Origin: Chiloscyllium plagiosum
Taxonomy: Eukaryota
DNA length: 64,000 nucleotides
Direction of reading: 5' to 3'
NCBI RefSeq assembly: GCF_004010195.1
Contig: NC_057756.1
Span: 3,504,785-3,568,784 of the forward strand
Numbering within the stretch: the stretch's first letter is position 1; each line of letters opens with the position of its first letter. Below are positions 51,669 through 63,499 of the stretch, in pieces. The notes beneath the pieces are model-generated. The model was not told the DNA's origin and ran no database searches. It saw nothing but the letters and a program-made list of their open reading frames with translations. Made by a program: the position numbers and the translations under genes.

Positions 51669-52375
51669 GACTCTGGATCAGTGGTGCTGGAAGAGCACAG
51701 CAATTCAGGCAGCATCCAACGAGCAGCGAAATCGACGTTTCGGGCAAAAGCCCTTCATCAGGAATAAAAGGAGGTTAGGTGCCGGCGCATTGCTGCAAGC
51801 GTGGAACAGAGGATATTGAAGGAGAACTGTTGTTGATGTTTATGAATCTGTAGTCTGTACGGTTTATCCTGTTCGGGTCCGAACTCTGCTGGTTTAATGG
51901 TGGTCCGGAGTCCGTGTGGGATGAGTTGGTTACGGAGGCATGCACTGAGGAAGCAAATGTGGCTGTAGTACCGAGTTTGTTTCACAACATGGTTGAAGAG
52001 CTTCAGGGCAGAGGAAATGACCTGGGAGTTGCAGTGGGAGAGAGACTCCCTGAGATTCGTGAAGAGAGAGGTGGAAAACTTCTTCAAGGCAGGCATCCTT
52101 GCAAGAGGATTCGCAGTAGGGTTAAAATCAACGAGGTAAAAACAATGACTGCAGATGCTGGAAACCAGATTCTGGATCAGTGGTGCTGGAAGAGCACAGC
52201 AATTCCTTGCAGCGCTGGTCTCTATCAAACTGATAAGGAATTTGCACCAAAAACGTCCCCATCTGTCTTTGCAGTTTGATTTCGCTGCTCGTTGGGTGCT
52301 GCCGGAATTGCTGTGCTCTTCCAGCACCACTGATCCAGAATCTGGTTTCCAGCATCTGCAGTTATTGTTTTTACC
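51669..52375. mobile_element. Composite young Penelope-like insertion (pLTR pieces, ORF N-terminus, inverted arm) with an 11-bp target-site duplication
   Basis: aaccattcctg at 51658-51668 and 52376-52386. Minus-strand RYYSHICFLSACLRNQLIPHGL. pLTR arms at 51671-51768 (-), 52135-52206 (-) and 52278-52375 (+). Confidence 0.88.
51730..51765 (-). ncRNA. Minimal hammerhead ribozyme motif (best preserved copy)
   Basis: Minus strand ttc-CTGATGA-a-gggc-tttt-gccc-GAAA-cGTC-ga: intact core, perfect stem II, GUC cleavage triplet. Confidence 0.8.
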
Positions 52376-52439
52376 AACCATTCCTGAACGCCAGGATATC
52401 CTGCAATCCACTGTTGGTCGTGGTGACACAGTTTAAAGG

Positions 52440-53935
52440 TGTGACACTGGTAGATCAGAGAACGGCACGCAGCGTCCTAGGAGCAGGAGATTCGAAGTAT
52501 CGGGTTTAAGCCCTTCATAGGGAATGTTACAAAGCTGGTCCTTTTTGTTTGTAAAAAGCTGTACCTTTTCTGAAGGATGCTGTTTTCCTTTTTTATTGTT
52601 TCAGTGGCGTCGTAAACGGCTCCCAGTTACGATTAGACTGGTTTGGTTCAGAGATAAAAGTGTATTGGAGGCCTTTTTGTTTATTGGGACTGTTGTGTAT
52701 ATTCGAAAGACCATAATTAAGTCTCGATTGAATGAACACAATTCTGTAATGTTTCTTTATTCTGTGTTTTGTGTTTCATGGTGTAATTTGGTGAGTTTTA
52801 TCCGTTTTAAAAACTGGTAGTCAACCTTGCAAAATTATTCCAGTTAGTTTCCACTGTACATGTACTGAAGCAAATTTCAAAGTTATGGTCTGGTTTTCAT
52901 GGTTAAAATGTTTTGAGGGATTTGGCCTAGTACTTGGCAGGAACATGGAGAGGGAAGGGGACAGAACGATAAACAGGGGCACGGACGTGGGAATGGAGAT
53001 ATGCTAGGTGAGATGGTGATAAGGTGGATGCAGGTGGGGTGTAATTGTAATAGGTTATTGGGAAGATGGAGCGGACTGTTTTGAAGTAAGAGGAAAAGTA
53101 TAATAGGCCAAGATGGCCAGCCTGAATTAGAGGGGTGGATCTGTGAGGAGGTGTGGGAGGGGATATTTGGAAACTATTTCAATGGATGTTGATGCTGTAT
53201 GGTTGAAACTTTCCAAGGCGGACGTTCTGGCATTCTCCTTTGGTTGTTGGGTGGTTTTGATTTGGTGGAAGAGGAGGACCAGGCGACCATGTCCTTATGT
53301 CCTTGCTGAGTTGGGGTGGGGGGGGGGGGGGGGGTTCAGGTGATTGGCCAAGGGGCATTCGGTTTGTTTGATGCATGTGTCCAAGAGATGGTTCTGAAAA
53401 TGCTCAGTGGGTTGGCATCTTGTCTCCCCGTTGCAGTGGAAATCACACGGATTGACACAGAAGGTGAAGTTGTTAAATGTGCAGGCAAATTTCTGCAAAA
53501 TGTGAAATGATCCTTTGTGCCCTTAGACTGAGGTGAGTGCAGAGGGTGGGGTGTTGGCACATATTTTATACCTCGTGTGGAGGCAAGATTAGGTGCCAGA
53601 AATGGTGGGTGTGCTAGTATGGACAAAATGAGGCAGTCATGGAGTAATATTCGCTGTGAATTGCGAATCCAAACTTCCAAATCGGCACTGCCCTCTTGAC
53701 CTGTCCAGTCTGTCCATCTTCCTTCACACTATCTGCTCCGCCCGCCTCATTGATCTATCAATTTACCCCCACCTGCATCCACCAAGTGCCTTCCCAGCTA
53801 CATTCTCCCACCTTCATTTTTTTATGAAAGGCTTATGCCAGTAACTTTGACTCAACTGGCACTCAGATGATGCCTGAACTGCTGTGCTTTTCCAGCAGCA
53901 CACTGATCAACTCTGCTTCTCCACCTTCTCCGTCG
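52440..53935. mobile_element. Older Penelope-like remnant with inverted pLTR arms; ~52525-52930 is an unrelated, possibly LTR-type insert
   Basis: Minus-strand CNGETRCQPTEHFQNHL..CPLANHLN (GIY-YIG remnant). 53690-53930 is an inverted copy of 52985-53110 and 52440-52520. Confidence 0.65.
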
Positions 53936-54739
53936 TGACTGAGCTGACATCTGCAAGAATGCACTTCACTGACATCTCTCTGCCGCCCTCTGTTTGACTT
54001 CCATTTCAGACGTGAATTCACGTTTCTTCCTCTTTAGTTTTAAATGATAGCGTGGTGTGTAAACTCGAGATATAATCCATCGTAACAACTTGATGTACAA
54101 TTCATATTGGCACAACAGACACACAGGAAATGTGTAAGTGTGGAGCCCATGTTCAAGACCTTTTATTCTAAAGATTAAAAAAACAATTCATTTCTGATGG
54201 ACAAGAGAAAGCATAATTTAAATAATTCTTAGCTTCAACTAGTAATTGTTCTTTTGACAAAGATAGCAAAATAGATGGAAATGACGGAGGATCATTGCAA
54301 TACTTTGAAGTGTGATGAAACTGTCGGATTGTAATGCAATGAGTTGTGGGGGTGTAAACAGTAGCAGTAAAATGCATTTGCCATTTTCTCCTAATTAACA
54401 GATTGGTATATATTTAAGTAGGAATTGATAGTTGAATATACTCTTAATTCTTGAGCAGTCAAAAACAACTATTTGTACAATCAGTCAACAAAATCCATAT
54501 CAGTGCACTTGTGCATTAACCTTCCCCCTATTATGATAACTGAAACACAATGATACTTGTCTACATATATACAAATGTATCCATATCCATATTTCTCTTC
54601 ATGCAGGTATAAGAGGAGATAAATTGATAATACTGACCTGTTACCACATATGCATTCTCTTCTGGTGAAGCTCTATAAGATTTAATTAGCCATTACATTT
54701 TGAGATACCAGGCCAGCTTAATTGTGAGTTTCTGCATTT

Positions 54740-57700
54740 GGGATTCGAAAGGGGAATTTTTCGGGAGTAAAGAATGCAACACCGTAAATTTTAAGATACC
54801 ATTGAACAGGGATAACAACAGTCCCTTCGAGATAGTGTTGAATTCGGGAAAGGAGAACTACCACAACATTAGGCAGAAACAGGAGAATTTTGATTGGAGG
54901 TGACTGTTTAAGTGTAAATCCCTATTGGATATGGGGGAGTATTTGAAGCGGCATTTGATCAGTTTTCAGGAGATGCAGTTTTCCGCGTTATTTAAGAATA
55001 AGTATGTCAATTTATGTCAACCATGGGTTTTCCACAAAAAGGTCTATGACCTTGTTCAAAAAGAAGAAGCAAAGATACAAAACGTTTGGAAGGGTGGGAA
55101 CCGACGAACACCTTGACCATTTTAAGCAATGAATCAAAGAACACAAAATAACAAATTAGATCAGAGAGAAGTGATCCTGACAATTTGTTACCGAACAGAA
55201 TTAAGCAGTATTCCAAGATCTTTTATACATTTATAAAACAAAAAGTCAGAATATGGACAGGGAAATGAAATGGCTGGCACACACTAGGGAAGAGTAGGGA
55301 ATCTATGTTTGGAGCCAGCAGTGGTGGCTGAGGTCCGAAATGAACATTTTGTGTTGGTATTCATCAAATACAAGGACTTTATGGAGGATGATCTGAGTGA
55401 AGGATTAATCTCCATTGTTATTAAGATTGAAAGTCGTTGAACACCTTAAAATGCATGGTGGCATGATGGCTCAGTGATTAGCACTGCGGCCATACAGCGC
55501 CAGGGACCTGAGTTTGATTTCACCTTTGGGCAACTGTCGATGTGAAGATTGCAGATTCTGCCCGTGTCTGTGTAGTTTTCCTGCCATAATTCACAGGTGT
55601 GCACATGAATTTGCCATGCTAAATTGCCCACAGTCTCGGGGATGTGTAGGTTACATGCATTATTCAGTGTTAATCGGGTAGGGGGTTGAGTATTGGTGAG
55701 ATACTGCTTGGAGGATCGGTGATGAGTCGTAGGGCCTTTTTAATCACAGTGTAGGCATTGGAATTATATTATCATAGATAGGTCCAGGATACAGAAGGAA
55801 TTTTTCCCCGAATATTGAGAGATGCAAGAGGTTACATTGTTTGAACGTTCACAGGCAAATTCATGACCTCTTTGGCCACAATTGTGTACCCATAAGACTA
55901 GAAAGTAGCTCATTATAGTTCATTGTTTAAGAAGGTGAACAGCGTTAATTCAGCAATTTAGACTCGTGTGACTCGTAGGGCAATTATTGGAGATAGGTCC
56001 TCAGGAAAATTATATGTACATGTGTATAAGCAAATAGAATTATTAACAATAAACAGAATGGTGTTTTTCAGGACAGGTTGTACCTCACCAATATTATCAC
56101 GTTTTTTGAGGAGGTGATGTCAATTTTACATGAGGTAAAAGTGTTCACTGAGGAGAGGGACCTGATGAATGTTAAGATTCGAGATAGAAGTTTGAAAACT
56201 CTGGAGCACATTGATTTAAGTAGGGAAGATGTGTTGAGTAGGCTACAGTTTATTAAGATGGACAAATCCCCAGGACTGGATGGGATCTATCCCAGGTTGC
56301 TGAGGGAGGCAAGAGAGTAAATAGTTGGGTCCCTGACAGATATATTTGTTGATCCTTAAACTTAGGTGAGATGCCAGATGACTTGAGGGTTGCTCATGTT
56401 GTCCCCTGTACAAGAAGTGTAGTTGGGATATTATGGGTAACTACATACCATTAAGCCTGATGTCAGTCGTGGGAAAGTTGCTGGAGAAGGGACTAAGTGA
56501 TTAAAATCTATTTATATTTAGAAAATAATGGGCTTATCTAAGATAGTCAAGATGGTTTTGTATGGGGTAGATGTGCCTTACCAACTTAATACAGTTCTTT
56601 GATTAAGTGACCAAGTTGATAGATGAAGGAAGGGCAGTAAATGTCAGAAGGATGGACTTTAGTAATGTATTTGATAAGGTTACCCATGGTAAAGTAATGG
56701 AGAAGGTGAAGTCACATGGTGTGAAGGGTGTTCTAGCTCGATGGATAAAGAACTGGTTGAGCAACAGGAAGTGAGTTTCTCGAAATAGAGAATGGTGACC
56801 AGTGGTATTTCACAGAGATCCGTGCTGCGGCCACTGATGTGTGTGATATCAATAAATGATCTGGAAGATTGCAATGTTAGTAAGCTCAGCAAGTTTACAG
56901 ATTATACGAAGATTGGCGGGTAGCAGGTAGGATAGCGGACTGTCAAAGAATACAGCACAATATAGAGAGATTGGAGAGGTGGACGGAGGAGTGGCAGATG
57001 GAGTTCAATCCAGACAAATGAGAAGTAATGCATTTTGGGAAGTCTCATTCCAGAGCGAATTATACAGCAAACGGAAGAGCCTTAGGGAAAGTAGATGAGC
57101 AGAGACCTGGGAGTTCAGCTCCATTGCACACTGAAAGTTGCTGTACAGGTAGATAGAGTGGTCATGAAGGCATATGGCGTGCTTTGCCTTCATCAGACGG
57201 GATATTGATTATACGAGCTGGCAGGTCGTGGTAAAATTGCACAAGACATTGTTTCGGCCGCGTTTAGAATACTGGGTCCGGTTCTGGTCGCATCATTATG
57301 AAATGGATGTCGACACTTTGGAGGGGGTGTAGAGAGGTTTTACGAGGATATTGCCTGGTATGGAATGTGCTAGCTCTGAAGAGAGGTTTAGTGGGTTAGG
57401 ATTTATTTCATTAGAATAAAACAGATTGAGCGGGGACCTGACTGAGGTCCACAAATTCATGAATGGTATAGACAGCGAAGACAGAGATAAGTTATTTCCC
57501 AGGGTGAAGAATGCAATAACTAGAGGTCTCGCTTTCAGGGTGAGAGGTGAAAAGTTTAATGGGGATACATGCAGCAAATACTTTACACAGAGAATGGAAT
57601 ACGTTGCTCACAGATGTAGTAGAGGCAGGCACTATAGATTCATTTAAGATTAATCTGGACAGATGCATGAGCAGGTGGGGAACAAAGGGGTATAGACGCA

Positions 57701-58990
57701 TTGGAATTGGGCGACAGGTTTCATCAGTGGACTTGGACCAGCTCAGGCTTGGAGGGCCGAAGGGCCTGTTCCTGAGCTGTAAGTTTTCTTTGTTCTATTT
57801 GTTCTTTTATTGAACTTGTCTATGTGTGAATAGATTTTAGTCAAGCCTTTTACAAGGGAAGTCATGGAAAAAAAAGTGAAGTCACATGATATCAGCTATG
57901 GGCTAAGAAGTCAACACAGAACTGTCTTAGTTACAGGAGGAATATAATGAACTTCGAGAGGATGCTTTCTGCAATGGATGGCTGTGGAAATACTGTTCCA
58001 CAGGAATCAGTGCTGGGACTTCTTATGTTTGTGCTCAACACAAATGATTTTTGTGTTCTAAATCATAATTTTGCAAAATCTGCAAATATTCGTGGGATTG
58101 AGGATAGTGAGGAGGATTGTCAGAGAATTCAACAGGACTGAGATCAGTTGGAGACATGGGCAGAAAGAGTGCCAATGGAGTTGAATTCGCAGAAATGTGA
58201 TTTAAGATATTTTGGAATATCAAGTACAGGTTGAAATTAAAAAGTAAATGGTAAAACTCTGAAGTATCGATATGCAGAGGAATCTGGGTATGCAGGTGCA
58301 TAAATACCAAAGGTGGCAGCACATGCGGGTAATTTCGCAACAAAGGCCTATGGCATGCTTGCCTTCATCCAAAGAGTCATTAAGTTTAAATGTAGGAAAG
58401 GTATGCTTCAGTTTTAGAACTTCCGTTAAGTAACACTTGGGATATTGTATGCAGTTCTGGTCACCACTGGATCAGAAGAAGGTGGATGCTTTGGAGAGGA
58501 TACCGAAAAGGGACTAGTGGATTTTTCTTCTTATGGGGGATTGAGTTATAAAGAAAGTTTGGGTAGATTAGGTTTAGTTTAAGTCAAACGCAAGAGGTTG
58601 AAGGATGACATCATGGAAGTTTATGAAACTGTGAATGGTATAAATAGTGCAGAACGCATGGAAGTTTATCCAGGTATGGATGCATCAATTATAAAAGGAT
58701 GCAGATTTAAAATTTGTGGAGGCATCATGATTTTAATAGTGGTCCACGACGTACATTTTTCACACAAAGTATCATGAGATCCTAGAATGCACTGTCAGAG
58801 AAAGCAGTAGAAGTAGACACAATAGCACTACTCAAAAAGTACTTGGAGGAGACATGCATAGGCGCAAAAAGAGGCATGTGGACACTGCAGTTGAAGACAG
58901 TTTTAGTTTAGAAAGGCAAAGTATATCACTGCTGTCGTGAAGGGCCGAAGGGACATTTTCTGTAATTCATTACTTTTTGTTTTGGTCTTT
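54740..58990 (+). mobile_element. Old CR1 ORF2 remnant with a nested younger CR1 (56140-57810) and a SINE
   Basis: Outer copy: VPQESVLGLLMFVLNTND...EDCQRIQQD. Inner copy: MDKSPGLDGIYPRLLREARE...ITRGLAFRVRGEKF, with 3'UTR and (ttcta)n-like tail at ~57790-57810. Confidence 0.85.
55455..55770 (+). mobile_element. HE1-type SINE
   Basis: ggtggcatgatggctcagtgattagcactgc (A box), gagtttgatttc (B box), attctgcccgtgtctg, gccatgctaaattgccc. Confidence 0.85.
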
Positions 58991-59127
58991 GAAATCATTG
59001 TCCATTAAGAATTTATTTTAAATGTTCTTTTAAGTATTATACTGTTAGCACTAACCTAAATTTATCCATGACAGACAAGCTGACAAGTACCTGAAATCAT
59101 TCAACAATTTAATTACAGTACTTCACT

Positions 59128-59350
59128 CGTTGTGGTTCTGTTCGCCGAGCTGTGAATGTGTGTTGCAGACGTTTCGTCCCGTGTCTAGGTGACATCTTCA
59201 ATGCTTGGGAGCCTCCTGTGAAGGGCTTCTGTGATGTTTCCTCCGGCATTTATAGTGGTTTGTCTCTGTCGCTTCCGGTTGTCAGTTCCAGCTGTCCGCT
59301 GCAGTGGCCGGCAAATTGGGTCTATTAAAAAACTCATCAACCTGGACCCA
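59128..59350 (-). mobile_element. Penelope pLTR fragment of the same family as 20040-20240
   Basis: Reverse complement of 20040-20235 (gttgtggttctgttcgccgagctg...); hammerhead core degenerate (tTGAAGA...GAAAcgtc). Confidence 0.88.
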
Positions 59351-60211
59351 ATGCAGTGGAACATAATCGTTTAACTATTATTGTTCACAGACTGCAAGGA
59401 AAAAAAATATTTTTGAAGTGTTTTGTCTATGTCTACTATAATTTTGACCAAGTGTCAATATTGATACAGCAGTCCTTTTCTGAGTTAGGATTGTGAATAT
59501 CATCGAAGGGTAGGAGGCCTAATTGTTTCCATGTTGTACTGGTCCTTTGAGATGGAAGTGGTTCTGGATTTATAATTGCTGTTTCATGGTTTTTTTGCAA
59601 ATTTCTTCAATGTGTCCTGAGGTGAGTTCAAAATGCTGCTGCTGAGCGTCAGTTGTGGATAGAGTGAATTCTCTTTCAACGTTGCCAACAAAGTGGGCTA
59701 CATTGCGTTGGATGGTTTCAAGTTAGTTGATCACCGTCAACATTTTACTCATTCTGGCATATGGCTCATATCCAACTTGTAATTGAATAGAAGAGATTGG
59801 TCATACTGCATTCTGAGTTATCATTAAAGATGTCGATAACGGAAGTATGTAGAGTTCATTCCTTACAGTTTGGACATCACAATATCTACAAGTGCAAAAA
59901 AAAATGTACCCGATAATATTATTTTGCTGAGTTTAAACATTTCTTGCTACCTGCAATGACTGTCATCACTTTGGAGCTGCTTTTCATCTGAAATATTAAC
60001 AATTACACATTACGGTACAGCTTCCTTTACTTTGCGATTTGTGTACAATGCCACTTGATTGCCTATGTTTCAACATAAATGCATGTACATCAGTAGCTTC
60101 GGTCACTTAATAAATCTGAGCACTTCGTATGCAATTGAAGTCATGAAACTTTGTTCTTATGTGCTTAGTAAATTGGGATGACTGTTCACTCTCGTTATGT
60201 TTTGGTAACAG

Positions 60212-60232
60212 ATGCGACGCTACGACAGCAAG
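60212..60232 (+). CDS. 21-nt phase-1 micro-exon (xATLRQQ)
   Basis: ttcactctcgttatgttttggtaacag|ATGCGACGCTACGACAGCAAG|gtaagc. Confidence 0.75.
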
Positions 60233-62044
60233 GTAAGCCAATTAAAAGGAAATATTATTAAAAGGTAAAATTACAGTTTACATGTTTTCATTTTTGTCAA
60301 ATTGAACATTTCAGAAATTTTAGAGGAGTGCAAAAAATTAATTCAACATTAAATCATGACTATTTGAAATTTCTATTCTATATAGAAAACAGCATCATCA
60401 TATTAAAACTGGATGCCTTCTAATTGGTGTGCAACCTAATATTCTTTCTCCGCAGCTATGTGTCTTTGCATGACTGAGAAATAGTGAATTAAATGAACGA
60501 CATGGAAGCTAGGTTGATAAATGAAGGGTGAGAATGGGGAGAAAAGATAAATAAAGCGACACACACACAGATCCATTTTGTCTGTGAATTATGGCGTGAA
60601 TTATGCTCATCAATAATGTGAAACAAAGGAATACGATGCAAGACACTATTATGCAGACACGTGTTTCCTTCTGTGCATGTGCCCATGTGTGTTCAGAATG
60701 CTGCTCAAATTGTGCAACAACGTGTCGGATACAATCGGATAATTGTCTCCTCATCTCATTCCCTATCAAACAATATAATTATTATGTGTCTACATTACAG
60801 AAACACAAACATAACATATCTCTGAAGACTTGTAGCAAAAGTTTAAAATGTTTTAGACGGTGAATTAGTGCTCTTTTGCTATGCAATTAGTGGATAAAAC
60901 AAATCCGGCAACAGTAATTACGATAATCCATTATTTTGAACATCACTGAGAACTCAAAGCACACACATCCTACATATTGTAATGTAGAAGCAAATTACTG
61001 CAAATGATGGAATCGGTACTGAAGTCAACGATGGTAGAAATCGCGATGATTCAGACAGCAAAATAATGTAATGAATGGGGACAAAGTATTGAATACAGCT
61101 AATCATGGGAGAAAGAAAACTGCTTTCGTGCCTGGCTGATAAAGTTAGAACACTATGAGCAAGTCACAACTGGATCATAAATATAAAGGAAATGCTCTGT
61201 CTTGCTTCTTGTTTCATGAAATCAGACTTTAAAATGGTTACAACAGCGGAAATGTATCATATTTACTGCCAAGCTACAGCTTCATGATCGATACCCAAAC
61301 TTTCTACAAAAGCTTCACATAATTTTAATTTATCATTAGCAGACTTGACCTTATGTCTGATAGCGTGATGCATTTTGTTTAGGATATCTGCTGATGATCT
61401 TGACGCCTGAAATTTGAATTATGTTAAAACTTAATTTGTCAGCACGTCAGAGAGATTTGATCATTTTCCCTTTCAGAGTTTTAGCATAGCAGTTTAGGCA
61501 GTTATATTTAATGTTGGGAATTCCGAGAAGAGCAAAGAAATCATCTCAGTTTCACGTCGGTAAGTGATTGTTTTCACCCATCTACATCAGGAATTATATC
61601 CGAATCTTGAAGTTGTTTGTAAATCCCTCGACATTATTACCTCTAATCCTGAATACGTTATGTTAGTTCATATCTCAGCGTATCGCAGACCTCATAAATC
61701 AACTAATTCCAACTCAAAATATGATCCAATACTGAAAACGACACTTTTTCATTAAGACTCAAGCAGAGTAAGATATTCCAGTGGTCGGCAAAACGAATGA
61801 AAACAAAAGCCAGACTCTAACAGGACCACATCCTCAACACAAATGCATCGAGCAAATCATAATATGTCGAGAAAACAAATATGACTGTATTTCGAGGGAG
61901 GATAAAAGGCCAAGCAGATATAAACTTCCAAGGATCAAACATATCCTGGGCAAATGTTGAAAATAAATTCGAGGTTGTTTCAGCAAGAAAATATTAATGA
62001 ACAAATACTCAGTGTAGGAAAAATGCCAACATTGGTGTGCCAAC

Positions 62045-63215
62045 AATTTAATTGAATTGAATTTAATTTATTGTCACGAGTACCGAGGAACTGTGAAACG
62101 CTTTACCTTGAGAGCAATACAGGCAGACAACAGTTAAGTAGCATAGATAAATAAATAATAGGTAAACAGCAGCAAAACAAAAACAACAGGTACATGGGAA
62201 TGTTAAGAGTTTGCTAGTCCATTCAGTATTCCAACAACGATAGGGTAGAAACTGTTCCAAAACTGGCTGGTGTGTCTGTTTAGGCTACTGGAATTTCGCC
62301 TTGATGGTAGCAGTTGCAAAAAAAAAAAATGGGAGGTTAGGATGGATCCTTGAGAATGCTGGCGGCCTTTCCTTGACCACGGACCTGTTCGATGGATTCC
62401 ATAGATGAGAGGTTGGTCCTTATGATTGTGCGGCCGAGTTCACCATTCTCTGTAAGCGTCCCTGATCATGAATGGGATGGTTGCCATTCCAGATAGTGGT
62501 ACATCCAGACAGAATGCTCTCGATGGCGCATCTGTAGAAAGTGGCAAGGCTATTTGCTGTCATGCCAGATTTCTCCAGCTGCCTGAAGAAAAAAAGATGC
62601 TGTTGAGCCTTTGTAAAAAGTGCGTCCACATGAACAGCACAAAAACGCTTGTTGTAGATGACCACTATCAGGAGTTGGCAATCTCCACTCGTTCCACCTC
62701 TGTGCTGTTAATGTGTAGGGAGGCATGAGTAACAATCCGTCGAAAGTCAATAATGAGTTCCTTGGTTTTGCTGTCGCTTAAAAGCTAGTTTGCTCTCGGT
62801 GCACCATTTTTACAGGTCTTCCACCTCCCCTCTGTAATCTATTTTGTCACCATCTGAGATGCGACTGACTATGGTGGTGTCATCAGCGAACATGTAAAAT
62901 GACATTAGTCTAGTATTTGGTGCCACAGTCATGGGTATACAGTGAGTACATTGGGGTTCTGTGTCTGCACCCCTGGAGTGGGTGCAGGGTTGAATGATAG
63001 TGAGGATGAAATATTGTCCCCGCCTTCTTTGATTGTTGCCTGTAGGTCAGAAAACTGAGGATCCAGTTGCAGAGAGTGGAGCTTAGTCCGAGATTGATAA
63101 GATTAATAATCAGTCTCAAGGAGATAATATAGCTGAAGGCTGAAATGTAGTCAATGAGCAAGATTCTTGCGTCGGTGTTCTTGGTGTTAAGATGTTCTAG
63201 GGAGGAACGACCAAA
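62045..63215 (-). mobile_element. Rex1/Babar-like LINE 3' fragment
   Basis: LEHLNTKNTDARILLIDYISAF...LGLSSTLCNWILSFLT and KAQQHLFFFRQL...TFYRCAIESILSGCTTIWNGN, with an (aattc)n-type tail at ~62045-62070. Confidence 0.8.
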
Positions 63216-63499
63216 TAAAGTGGTTATCTCACTAGTTGGTGAGTGTTCTTTAATTACTCGCTTGGCAACTATTACATATTCATTGACATGTACCACAACA
63301 AAAACAGTGGGAAGGTTTTGGCATCTAAACATTCTTGTTTTACAGATGGAAAAAAAAAACATTCAATTCAGCGGATGCTAATTGAGATATAATCTGGCCC
63401 TTCCAGCCACCTTAACAATTGATGATGTAACTTTAGATTTAGAAGCACTGTTAATACAGCAACACAGACAGTTAACGTAAAATAGTTCACGTGTATTAC

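Noticed and set aside
51758..52429. 223-aa ORF as a novel gene
   Set aside because: Chance fusion of pLTR arms, the captured 74-mer and a Penelope ORF fragment.
61477..61559. 83-nt segment between a good acceptor and a GTAAGT donor
   Set aside because: Stops in all three frames and length not a multiple of three. It could only be non-coding or decayed.
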